From Candidatus Omnitrophota bacterium (GTDB lineage Bacteria; Omnitrophota; Gorgyraeia; Zapsychrales; JANLHA01), in NCBI GenBank assembly GCA_963662715.1, contig OY759724.1:2550001-2582000 (forward strand): 32,000 nt of DNA. The letters run 5' to 3'. Each line of letters opens with the position of its first letter. The stretch's first letter is position 1. Below, in pieces: positions 7,607 to 16,795 of this stretch. The position numbers were made by a program, and so were the translations under genes. The notes under the pieces were generated by a model. The model ran no database searches and had not been told where the DNA came from. It was given only the letters and a program-made list of their open reading frames with translations.

Positions 7607-8884
7607 TTGCGGAGAGTCGTTATAACAGGCCTTGGGCCGGTGACGTCATCCGGGACGGGTAAAGAGGATTTCTGGAAAAGTGTCCTGGGGAACAGAATCT
7701 GTCTTAAAAATATTCCGGAGAATTTTGAAATAGGGTATAAGTACAGGTCCCGTTATTACAGCCCGCATCCGGATGCCGATCTTTCAGGATACGGATTCCC
7801 GCCGTATTACGGCAAAGTTACCCAGGGGGAAGACAAGCTGGCTTTAATAGCTTCGAGCCTGGCCTTGAAAGATGCCGGTTTTCAAATAGACAAGGAGGGG
7901 AACCGGTTTGTCTTGCCGGAGCTGCGTTCGTGCGGAGTCATCGTGGGGATCGGCATCAGCAGTCTTGAAAACGGGTTCCATTCTTATCTGGCCCATGTGG
8001 CCCGTGACAGGGACGAAATCCCGCAAAGCCTGAACTCTGTCAAGATTCACTATAACCGCATGGTTGTGCCCATGCTCATGCCTAATTCGGTTTCAAGCTG
8101 GATTTCCATCGCCTATGGATTGAAGGGACCGAGTTACACGGTGAATGCCGCCTGCGCTTCCGGGATTTTTGCGATAGGGAATGCTTATCAAAGCATCAGA
8201 AACGGCACCGAGGACGTTATTTTGACCGGCGGTGTGGAGTGTTTGTCTGACAGTTTCGGCGGAGTGATGCGCGGTTTTGATGTGTTGGGTGTGCTGACCC
8301 AGTCCCCGGACGGAATCCCGTATCCGTTTTCGAAAACAAGTACGGGATTTCTGTTCTCCCAGGGGGCAGCCTGTATTCTTGTCCTGGAAGAATATCAGCA
8401 TGCCGTTAAACGCGGGGCCTCTGTTTATGCGGAGATAATAGATTTCCAAAGCAACAGTGATGCTTATAACATTGTTCAAATGGACCGTTCGGGCGTTCAG
8501 ATAAAACGGCTGCTCCACAACCTCAAGCAAGACCGCCGCATTGATTATTTAAATGCTCACGGCAGCGGCACGCATGTGAACGACAGCATCGAAGCCGAAG
8601 CGATCGCTGAAGTTTTTGGCCCTAAAGAGAGGCAGCCGTACATTAATTCTACAAAAGGAATCCTCGGCCATACACTTGGCGCAAGCGGAGCCCTGGAGAC
8701 AGCCGTGACGGCTCTTTCGATCAAAGAATCCCGGGTGCACGGACATCGTGTTCATGACCCCCGGGAAAATTTGAATTTGGTCGAAGAATCTATAGAGGCC
8801 AGCGTGAATGTGGCCATGTCCACATCTTATGGTTTCGGGGGGCATAATGCGGGGGTTCTCTTGAGCAGACATGACAGGCCTTAG
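7607..8884 (+). CDS. Beta-ketoacyl-ACP synthase, divergent KAS I/II (FabF/NodE-like)
   Basis: Present are RRVVITGLGPVT, the active-site Cys in TVNAACASG (codon 8153-8155), AHGSGTHVND, STKGILGHTLGASG and YGFGGHNAG. The start is TTG, preceded by AAGGGGGA. Confidence 0.88.
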   Translation: MRRVVITGLGPVTSSGTGKEDFWKSVLGNRICLKNIPENFEIGYKYRSRYYSPHPDADLSGYGFPPYYGKVTQGEDKLALIASSLALKDAGFQIDKEGNRFVLPELRSCGVIVGIGISSLENGFHSYLAHVARDRDEIPQSLNSVKIHYNRMVVPMLMPNSVSSWISIAYGLKGPSYTVNAACASGIFAIGNAYQSIRNGTEDVILTGGVECLSDSFGGVMRGFDVLGVLTQSPDGIPYPFSKTSTGFLFSQGAACILVLEEYQHAVKRGASVYAEIIDFQSNSDAYNIVQMDRSGVQIKRLLHNLKQDRRIDYLNAHGSGTHVNDSIEAEAIAEVFGPKERQPYINSTKGILGHTLGASGALETAVTALSIKESRVHGHRVHDPRENLNLVEESIEASVNVAMSTSYGFGGHNAGVLLSRHDRP

Positions 8885-8967
8885 GAGCTGTTGGCATTCC
8901 CGGCGTCTGCCCGGCAAAAACCAGCCCGCGATCTTCCTTAAAAAAACGTAATACGTTTTTTGTTTTT

Positions 8968-11900
8968 ATGAAAATGTTAAGAAGAAAATATGTGTTATGG
9001 CTCTGGACCTTTTTCGTCTTAGCCGGGGTTTGTTCCTCCGTTCATGGCGGGAACAAAAGACAGCAGACCTTGGCGGTCCTGGGGATCACTGCGGAACCTG
9101 ATATCCATCAGTCTGATAATCTGGTGTCTCTCCTTGAGGCCGGGTTGAGCGGGACGGATGATTTGACCCTTGTGGAAAGGCGCGAGATTGATCTTGTGAT
9201 TAAGGAACTGCAGCTTTCCATGGGGGATTTCTTAAGATCGGACCAGAAAATGCAGGCCGGCAGAATGCTTGGGGCTGATCTGATCGGGTATGGATTCCTG
9301 ACCCGGCAGAAAACCAGAATCCGTGTCAGGTTTCGTATCGTAGAGGTGGAGACCGGGCGTGTTGTCGGAAGTTTTCTGCTGGCGGAAAAAGATCCCGAAA
9401 CAATGTCTCATAAACTTTTAAGCGGTATGATAAAGTCCATAAAGACCGGCCCGGTTAAAAATCTCCCCACTTTTACGATAGCCTCTTTTATGAATGACAG
9501 TAATTACGACAGGTTTGATGATTTTGAAAAAATCCTGTTTGACAAAGCCTTTGACTTTGTCGCCGGAACAGGAAATTTTGTATTGCTGGAGAGAGAATCA
9601 ACGGGGTATTTGCTGGATGAAATTGATATGTTTAAGTCCGGTATCGTCGCTGAAGACCACGGGGCCAGGCCGGGCCGGGCTTTAAAAGCCGATTATGTGC
9701 TTAAAGGTTCTTTTGCCGAAGACCAAAGCACTCGGCAAAACGGACAATGGCTTATGAATGTTACGGTTGAATTGTGGGACTGCCGACACAGAAGAAGAGT
9801 CTGGTCTGAAATTTTTCAGTCGCCCTCTGATAGGCTCGAGCAGGAATTCACGGCCTTTTTAGAAAAAAACATGTCCCGTGTCCCGCGCGCAATATCCTTC
9901 CCTTTTAACCTGCAGCAAAAAGCTGAAAGCAGGGAATATTTAAGGAAAGGCCTGACCAATCTGTATGTCGGATCGCGGTTGCAGCAGGGGGGCATGTATG
10001 ATGCTTTGAATATAGAGGATTATTTGATGAAAAGTCATTTTTCCGGAGTGAAAATGGATGTCCTGGACCGGGATGATCCCCGGGCCTACAGACGCGCCCG
10101 GGCCGGGATTAACGACCTTGAGAATGCGCTCTTTTTGGATCCGGACAATACCGTTGCAAAACTCTACCTTGGAATGGCTTTGTGTGACTTGTACCGCGGA
10201 GATTTAAATCATAAAAGTATAGGGGTTCATGGACGACGGAGGCGTATTCTGACGATGTTGCGGGGTGCGGAGATGATCGGAAATGTCTTTCCCGCGGATA
10301 AGAAGACTTTTTCTACGGCTCTTTTTGAAGCTGTTTCCATTCTTGATTTCAGCCGGCCTCATTCCAATCCCGAGATCACCGCAGAGTATGAGGATGCGCT
10401 CTATCGACTGGTCAGGCTGGCCTTTGATAATCTCGAGGCGTTTTCCGGGGAAGCGCAAAGATTATTGAAAGACCGTTATGAAATCATTCTGACAAGGGGA
10501 TCACAGCAAGAGCTCATACATTTTACCCGTAAACGCCTCGCAGATATCCATAAAGACAAAGCGTTCGCCCGCCGTCATCCGGAAACGGCTTTTTATGTTT
10601 TTCAGAAGATCGCCGCCATGTGGAGAGAGGAATACCGCATGGACCCGGCCTGCGAAGTCGCCGGATTCTTTGAGGAGCAGTATGAGTCCGAGAATCCGGT
10701 CTATGCCCAGCTTGCGTATTTCTGGACCGCAAAATCATATCAGCGCATGAAAGATTATACGAAGGCGCGTGATTTTTACCGGAAAGCCCAGGACATATTT
10801 TATGCCCGTTTTGCCCAAGAGCCGTTAGAGACTTTTGAGAGTTCTTCGTGGGGAGTTTTGGAGGAGAGTTTTTTTCAGGAAGCCTACATGCACCTTGAAA
10901 ACAAAGAATATCAGAAGGCTATCGATGTCCTGGCCCCGTTTATCGAGGGGTGTTTTGAAAGGAATAGATATCAGGTTTTTGCTTATGATAATGCTTTAAA
11001 GCTGCTGGGCAGGGCTTATGAAGAGGAGGGGCTGATCGCCCAAGCCATTGAGTATTATCAGAAGGTCCTCGATGCCGAATATCCGAAAAATGTCTATGTT
11101 GATAAAGCGGCCATATCCTCAAGAATCAATAAACTGAAATTTGCCAGGGGGGACAAGACGGAAAATGCCGGCTTTGCCCTGTACAAGCTGGCTGATGTCA
11201 AAAACGCCAGGGAGATTGTCCGGCAAGGCTCCCAAATCTGGATTTTGAAAATGTCGGCGCTCTTCCCGGCAGCGGCCTATTCCAGCAGCAGTACGCATAG
11301 GGGAACTTACGAAGTATGGCAAGACGGGCCGGGGGGCTGGGTTAAAGCCGATGCCCCGTTACTGACAGATTCCCAAAAGATCAGCGTCCTGTTTTTGCAT
11401 GGGAATAATCTTTGGGTCGGGACTTACGGGGACGGTTTGTTCCGGCAGGACCTGGTGACGAAAAGAGTCGATTCCTTTACGACCGCATCGGGGTTGCTTT
11501 CAGATTATATCGTTTGTCTGGCAAGTTCGGCTCAAGAGCTTTTCATCGGCCTTTCGTCAAACAAAATGAACAGTGATCGGGGAGGCGTGTTGCGGTATCA
11601 TTATGGGAAAAGAATATTCAGTCCTTTCCCGGGGTTGAATTCCCGGGGGGTAAGGACATCCATGCCCATGGCCCTGCATTATGATGAGAAGCGGGATGCT
11701 CTTTGGGTCGGCTATCCCCGCTGGGAAAAGGCGATCCTGCACAGATATTCCCTGGCGAAAAAGCAATGGGACGCCTTTATGAGTAAGGCTTACGGGAAGT
11801 TTATCTTTCAGATATTGCCTTATCATGACGATTTATTATTCGGCATGGGCGATGAACTGGCAAGATATAATCTGCCGGAGGATGGCTGGGCCGATATCCG

Positions 11901-12168
11901 GGGGGGGAGAATCGACGGGTTTAAGAAATATAATATTTTTGAGACCCAGACCTCGCTTTTTTATGAAGTTTATGAGAATGTCCTTTTGACCGTAGCCGGG
12001 GGAAAAGGATCTCAGTTGCAAATATACAACCTTGAAACAGGAGAAATGAGGACAATGGATATTCTCTTCGGGAGGCAGGACACGCACATTACGGCCATTC
12101 AGACTGTGGGACAGGAACTGCTGATCGGTACGGATATGGCGGTCTACAAATTAACGATAAGTGAGTGA
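8968..12168 (+). CDS. 1066-aa secreted multidomain protein: two CsgG/LpoB/FlgO-like modules, a TPR-like helical region and a C-terminal beta-propeller-like repeat region
   Basis: The signal peptide is MKMLRRKYVLWLWTFFVLAGVCSSVHG. Two modules follow the pattern LAVLG...LVERREIDLVIKELQLS...GADL..G....RIVEVETGRVV (about 9070-9370 and about 9475-9830). TPR-like helices include YTKARDFYRKAQ, YQKAIDVLAP and AQAIEYYQKVLD. Reg_prop-like repeats include LWVGTYGDGLFRQD and ALWVGYP. No SD precedes the start. Confidence 0.7.
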   Translation: MKMLRRKYVLWLWTFFVLAGVCSSVHGGNKRQQTLAVLGITAEPDIHQSDNLVSLLEAGLSGTDDLTLVERREIDLVIKELQLSMGDFLRSDQKMQAGRMLGADLIGYGFLTRQKTRIRVRFRIVEVETGRVVGSFLLAEKDPETMSHKLLSGMIKSIKTGPVKNLPTFTIASFMNDSNYDRFDDFEKILFDKAFDFVAGTGNFVLLERESTGYLLDEIDMFKSGIVAEDHGARPGRALKADYVLKGSFAEDQSTRQNGQWLMNVTVELWDCRHRRRVWSEIFQSPSDRLEQEFTAFLEKNMSRVPRAISFPFNLQQKAESREYLRKGLTNLYVGSRLQQGGMYDALNIEDYLMKSHFSGVKMDVLDRDDPRAYRRARAGINDLENALFLDPDNTVAKLYLGMALCDLYRGDLNHKSIGVHGRRRRILTMLRGAEMIGNVFPADKKTFSTALFEAVSILDFSRPHSNPEITAEYEDALYRLVRLAFDNLEAFSGEAQRLLKDRYEIILTRGSQQELIHFTRKRLADIHKDKAFARRHPETAFYVFQKIAAMWREEYRMDPACEVAGFFEEQYESENPVYAQLAYFWTAKSYQRMKDYTKARDFYRKAQDIFYARFAQEPLETFESSSWGVLEESFFQEAYMHLENKEYQKAIDVLAPFIEGCFERNRYQVFAYDNALKLLGRAYEEEGLIAQAIEYYQKVLDAEYPKNVYVDKAAISSRINKLKFARGDKTENAGFALYKLADVKNAREIVRQGSQIWILKMSALFPAAAYSSSSTHRGTYEVWQDGPGGWVKADAPLLTDSQKISVLFLHGNNLWVGTYGDGLFRQDLVTKRVDSFTTASGLLSDYIVCLASSAQELFIGLSSNKMNSDRGGVLRYHYGKRIFSPFPGLNSRGVRTSMPMALHYDEKRDALWVGYPRWEKAILHRYSLAKKQWDAFMSKAYGKFIFQILPYHDDLLFGMGDELARYNLPEDGWADIRGGRIDGFKKYNIFETQTSLFYEVYENVLLTVAGGKGSQLQIYNLETGEMRTMDILFGRQDTHITAIQTVGQELLIGTDMAVYKLTISE

Positions 12169-12267
12169 AATCTATCCCCGGATACATTTCGCAACCCGTA
12201 TGAATAAGACTTCCCGGGCCGGGTTTTTAAAAAACAATCATAATCTTTAGCCCAAAAAGGAGTGCTT

Positions 12268-12843
12268 ATGATTAGAAAAACATTTTTATCCGCAGCGGTT
12301 TTCATCTTGCTTCTGACTGGCTACGGGACTCAAACCTATGCCGCCTCAGAGGAGCTGTCTGCGATGCTGCAGGACAATTGGGAGAATTATATGACCATTG
12401 AACCCAATTACGATGTTGACAGCGTTGAATACGTGAGCTATTTTCTCGATGATGAACCGATGAAGCTGGGTTTTTTTTATTACCGGGCTTTTAAATTCAA
12501 AACCCCGCCGTGGGAAGGGAAATTGATCTGGTCGTTCATCAACATAAAGAAGGATTTGGAAAATGTGGTGGGCTGGCAGATCCTGCCTGCACAGGGAAGC
12601 ATGACCGGATTCATCGGGATGGATTTCAAAAAACTTAAAAAGGATATCCCTCAGATCGCCCCGCAAGGCTCTGAAGTGCTTTTGCAGGAGATCCCTCCCG
12701 AGCGGCTGCAGCCGGATCAGTATTATATTATATGGTTCAATTGCAGCGATGCCCGTCCTGTGAAAATGGCTGTATCTTTGAATATTGTTGAGGATGTTCA
12801 TATGACCTACCATGAACTTTTTTCCGGCCTTGTTGATTTCTAG
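12268..12843 (+). CDS. Secreted protein of unknown function
   Basis: AAAAGGAG precedes ATG 12268. The signal peptide is MIRKTFLSAAVFILLLTGYGTQTYAAS. I recognised no family. Confidence 0.7.
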   Translation: MIRKTFLSAAVFILLLTGYGTQTYAASEELSAMLQDNWENYMTIEPNYDVDSVEYVSYFLDDEPMKLGFFYYRAFKFKTPPWEGKLIWSFINIKKDLENVVGWQILPAQGSMTGFIGMDFKKLKKDIPQIAPQGSEVLLQEIPPERLQPDQYYIIWFNCSDARPVKMAVSLNIVEDVHMTYHELFSGLVDF

Positions 12844-12895
12844 GAAGTCCGGATGTCGTTTGCGGGAGGAGTTGTTGAAGGCTTCCGCCATTGGT

Positions 12896-14521
12896 TCATG
12901 AAGAAAGGTCTTGGGGAGCGGCCATGTGCAGGACACGCTGGGGGAAGGGGATTTCAATGCCTGCCTGCTCAAAGGCTTCTTTTAAAATTTTCCTGAACGC
13001 ATAGGAAACGGAGAGGTGTTTCCCGGGGTTGACCTTAGTCACCATTCTAATGACTATCGCAGAATCCCCGAATTCTTTTATTCCTCTTATGATGGTTGGT
13101 TCAAGGGCATCTTCCTGCTCTTTAAGCAGTCTCCGGCCTGCTTCCGTAATGGTTTTATATACATGATTGATGTCTGATGTGTATGAAACGCCCACTTCGA
13201 CTACGGCGTAAGTGTATCCTTTGGAAAAATTGACAATATCTCCCAGCTGGCCGTTGCGCAGGATATGCAGTTGTCCGTTGGGGTCGCGCAGGCGTGTTGT
13301 GCGGATATCAATGGCCTCGACGAACCCTCTCGCGGTCGCCGTCTCGATATAATCCCCTACCAGGAAAAGATTCTCAAAAAGAATAAAAAAGCCGGAAACA
13401 AGATCGTTCAACACCGGCTGTGCGCCCAGCCCCACCACGATCCCCAGGATCCCGGCCCCGGCGAGAATGGGAGTGGGATTAAGCTGGAAGATTTTCATCA
13501 CGAAAACAAGGCCGAGGAAGATAATGATGTACTTAAGAAAACTTTTTAAGAGCGGCACAAAGGTCATACGTCTTTTCCGTTCAATGTCTGACAGGTCCCT
13601 GGGTTGGAACAACTTTTTTTCAATAAAAAAGTAGCAGATTTCAATCAGAAGCCGGCAGAGAAAGAAGACCCCTATGCTTTGAATGATCTGTGTGCCGAAC
13701 TTGGCGAACCGGGAAATCACTCCGATCTGCGCGATGACCAGGGTTGCGATAAAAACATAAATACTGTAAGCCAGGCAGCGCTGGAACAGGGGCATCAAGG
13801 AAGAGAATTCTTTGTAGAAACCGAGGACATTGTCATGTTTGGCGTACTTCCGGCTTAAGGCATCCAGGCTGTCGATGATGGCTGTGATCGATTTTACGAC
13901 AAGCGTTCCGACGGCTACGATAAGGTATATTTTCGTCAGTGTCCATAAGGTCGAGGCGATAATCGAGGGAAGGCCCAGCCAAAGGCTGGACAGCCAGAAA
14001 ACCCCCATCCAAAGGCCCGTGGTCTGTATGCGGTTTAATGATTCAAAGACCCGTTCAATGCTTTCATCGTTAGCTTTGATTCCCTCAAAAGCTTTGGCCT
14101 GGGTCTTGGCCTTCTTGAGCATTTTGCTGAATATCCGTACGCAGAAACGGACGGCAGTCATCAGAAGAACAACTTTTATAACCGCTAAAATCAGGTTTTG
14201 CCAGAAATTATACGGAATGTGCCTCAAAGCCCGGGACGTCAATTCAAAAAGATTTTCCCCCTGGTAAATAAGAAATCCGTTGATGGCCACGATGAACCCC
14301 GCCAGGACGGTAAAAAAGAAAAACAGGCGCCAGACGATCTGGTGGCGCAGGCGTTTAGCTTTTTGTTTACCGGCCGCAGATAATGCGGATGTCCCGATTT
14401 TTTGAAAGATGAGCCTAAGGCCGGCATTGAGGATGATGAAAATAGTGCCGACAAGCAATAATTCTACACCAATGACGGCAAGGTCCCGGTATATGCCATT
14501 GGCGGACTGTAAGAAATCCAT
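12896..14521 (-). CDS. Mechanosensitive ion channel, MscS family (large multi-TM type)
   Basis: The pore and beta-domain motif is GAGILGIVVGLGAQPVLNDLVSGFFILFENLFLVGDYIE..GFVEAIDIRTTRLRDPNGQLHILRNG. The N-terminus has multiple TM segments. GGAG lies 7 nt upstream of the ATG on the minus strand. Confidence 0.88.
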   Translation of the reverse strand: MDFLQSANGIYRDLAVIGVELLLVGTIFIILNAGLRLIFQKIGTSALSAAGKQKAKRLRHQIVWRLFFFFTVLAGFIVAINGFLIYQGENLFELTSRALRHIPYNFWQNLILAVIKVVLLMTAVRFCVRIFSKMLKKAKTQAKAFEGIKANDESIERVFESLNRIQTTGLWMGVFWLSSLWLGLPSIIASTLWTLTKIYLIVAVGTLVVKSITAIIDSLDALSRKYAKHDNVLGFYKEFSSLMPLFQRCLAYSIYVFIATLVIAQIGVISRFAKFGTQIIQSIGVFFLCRLLIEICYFFIEKKLFQPRDLSDIERKRRMTFVPLLKSFLKYIIIFLGLVFVMKIFQLNPTPILAGAGILGIVVGLGAQPVLNDLVSGFFILFENLFLVGDYIETATARGFVEAIDIRTTRLRDPNGQLHILRNGQLGDIVNFSKGYTYAVVEVGVSYTSDINHVYKTITEAGRRLLKEQEDALEPTIIRGIKEFGDSAIVIRMVTKVNPGKHLSVSYAFRKILKEAFEQAGIEIPFPQRVLHMAAPQDLSS

Positions 14522-14729
14522 AATTCACTCCTGTTTGGTGGAGAAATTATAACGCAGGGATGAGAGGGGGTCAAATGAATAATACTAGAGGGAGTATATA
14601 GATCATTTTTTTTGTTCTTTTCAGAAAAACAAAGGCAGAATAACTATTCAAAATTTTCCTTAAAAATCTTGTCCCCGGTCAAGCTATATGTTTTAATAAC
14701 TTGTTAACCCCCCAATTAAAGGAAAAATT

Positions 14730-15770
14730 ATGCGAATAAAAATTATCTTAATCACAAGTATTTTGCTGTTGAATTCAGCCGTTCATCCCGCCTTTTCCGC
14801 GGAACCCCGGGACTCCAATCTGCTGTGGCGGATTTTTGCCGATGCCGGAGAAAAAATCAAAGCCGCTTTCCAGTCGCTCCCTGAATTAAAAGATTCTTTC
14901 ATCAGGTCGCTGGGAAGAGACAATCCCAAGACAAAGTTTGAAATCGCCCAGGAAACTTATTATATGAAATATGAAGAACCGGACATTATGGAAAATGTCG
15001 GTATGATGTACGGTCTAAATATGGCTTTTTCTTACCGGGTAGAAAATCCGGTTTTTTTTAAATCCGTTTGGGAAAACATCGGGCAGGGAAAGACGAATAC
15101 CAAATTTTTGCTGGAAGCGCGCTGGGCCAGAGGAAAAGTGGATTATGATTCCAATTCAACCGGGTCTGATGACGGAATTACCGATATGGCTACGGAACTT
15201 CGTGGCATAGTTTGTTACGAAATCATGTTTTCGGAGAGGACCAGCCTTACGCCTTATGGCGGTATCGGTTTCCGCTATTTAAGCGATGACAGCCGGGGGC
15301 GCTACACGACGACCGGGAATTGGGGCTATCTGCGCGAATCAAAATATTTTTATATTCCCTTTGGCATGGAATTGAATCACGGCTTCAGCGAACGATGGAC
15401 TCTCAAGCTTAAAGGGGAATATGACCTGCTGCTGGAAGGAAAGCAGAAAAGCCATTTGGAAGACGGCGGCCCGTGGCTGCAAGACTCAACCAGCGGGCAA
15501 TATTATACGGTTGATACTGTGGAAAATGCCCAGGAAGTCGGGGTGGGGATCCGCGGATCCCTGCGTTTGCAGAGACAGTCAGAACGCTTTGATTTCTTCC
15601 TTGAGCCTTATGCACGCTACTGGCACATCAAAGAATCCGATCACGTGCAATTAACGTCTGAAGGCGGAAGCATTTTATGGTATGTCGGCAGTACCGATAC
15701 CCCGCTGACGGGATATGAGCCTGATAATAATACTCTTGAATACGGATTGGTTCTGGGGTTGAATTTTTAA
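14730..15770 (+). CDS. Outer-membrane beta-barrel protein
   Basis: The signal peptide ends in AFSAEP. The sequence has alternating amphipathic strands, is rich in aromatic residues and Gly, and ends in the OMP signature ...YGLVLGLNF (terminal Phe). Confidence 0.75.
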   Translation: MRIKIILITSILLLNSAVHPAFSAEPRDSNLLWRIFADAGEKIKAAFQSLPELKDSFIRSLGRDNPKTKFEIAQETYYMKYEEPDIMENVGMMYGLNMAFSYRVENPVFFKSVWENIGQGKTNTKFLLEARWARGKVDYDSNSTGSDDGITDMATELRGIVCYEIMFSERTSLTPYGGIGFRYLSDDSRGRYTTTGNWGYLRESKYFYIPFGMELNHGFSERWTLKLKGEYDLLLEGKQKSHLEDGGPWLQDSTSGQYYTVDTVENAQEVGVGIRGSLRLQRQSERFDFFLEPYARYWHIKESDHVQLTSEGGSILWYVGSTDTPLTGYEPDNNTLEYGLVLGLNF

Positions 15771-15859
15771 AAATATTTTAAAATAGTTGTTTGTTTTTTT
15801 GCCCGCTTTCTTAAGGTGCATGATTTAAATATCGGGAGCGGTTCTGATCTGTCCGTTTT

Positions 15860-16795
15860 ATGAAAAAAATCAAAAGAATCCTGACTTTTTTTCTTGTCGC
15901 CGGAATCCTCTGGTCCATTATCCCCATTCTTATTTTATATTTTAAAAAAGACCCTGTGCCTTTCAGCAACCGGGACATGATAGAGAAAATCAAAGAGAAC
16001 AGAGGACAACATTTCGGCTTTATTGTGTACGGGGACACGCATTCCGGCGTATTTATATCCGACAGCACATATTTGAAGCTGATACGTCATGCCAATTTAG
16101 AAGGCCGGTGGGGAAAGTTGCCGATTGATTTTGTGGCGGTTGTGGGAGACGTGACGAACCGGGGCACGCCGCGGCATTATAAAATATATAACAAGTTGCG
16201 CGCTGAAAGCAAATGGCCGGTATTGAGTTTGATGGGGAACCATGATGTTGATCACGAAGAAGGGGCGGCCCTGTTTGAGCGTTATATCGGGGAAAAAGAT
16301 TTTTCATTTGTTAACCGGAACTCTTATTTTATCGCCCTTGATAACGGCGCTCATGTTATTTCCGACGAACAGTTTCAATGGCTGGAAGAAGAGCTGAAAA
16401 AGTCGCAGCATTACAAAAATAGATTTGTTATGCTGCACAGATCTCCTATCTCGGCCTCTTTCCGGCATGATAACCAGCCGGAAGTCAGTCCCTGGGCCTA
16501 CCGGTTCATGAAATTGTGTGAACATTATCAGGTTGATATTGTGTTTGCCGGGCATGAACATTTTTTCAAAGAACACTCTTTCGGCGGGGTCAAGTATGTC
16601 GTAACCGGGGGCGCGGGTATGCCGTTGGACGTGCCCCGTTGGGAGGGGGGGTATTTGAATTATGTTGTGGTCAGGGTGAATGTTGACTATATCGATTATG
16701 AAATCAGAGAAGTTTTCCCGCCTCTTTGGAGGTTTTTTACTATCACAATAAGCCAGGATATTTTTTATTTCCTGAGAGACGCGTTTTTTAGATAG
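15860..16795 (+). CDS. Membrane-anchored calcineurin-like metallophosphoesterase
   Basis: An N-terminal TM segment (LTFFLVAGILWSIIPILILYF) is followed by the motifs VYGDTHSG, VVGDVTNRG, MGNHD, MLHRSP and AGHEHF. Confidence 0.85.
   Translation: MKKIKRILTFFLVAGILWSIIPILILYFKKDPVPFSNRDMIEKIKENRGQHFGFIVYGDTHSGVFISDSTYLKLIRHANLEGRWGKLPIDFVAVVGDVTNRGTPRHYKIYNKLRAESKWPVLSLMGNHDVDHEEGAALFERYIGEKDFSFVNRNSYFIALDNGAHVISDEQFQWLEEELKKSQHYKNRFVMLHRSPISASFRHDNQPEVSPWAYRFMKLCEHYQVDIVFAGHEHFFKEHSFGGVKYVVTGGAGMPLDVPRWEGGYLNYVVVRVNVDYIDYEIREVFPPLWRFFTITISQDIFYFLRDAFFR

Noticed and set aside
8941-8961. An AAAAAACGTA-a-TACGTTTTTT palindrome between the KAS gene and the 1066-aa gene, considered as a terminator.
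   Set aside because: The arms are almost entirely A/T with a 1-nt centre. The effective RNA stem is only about 4-5 weak pairs, so it is unlikely to terminate efficiently. It may be a protein-binding site, but there is no supporting evidence.
12346-12972. A 208-aa ORF on the minus strand.
   Set aside because: It is antisense to the + strand gene that has a clean RBS and signal peptide (12268-12843). It also overlaps the 3' end of the MscS gene in another frame. It has no motifs or RBS.
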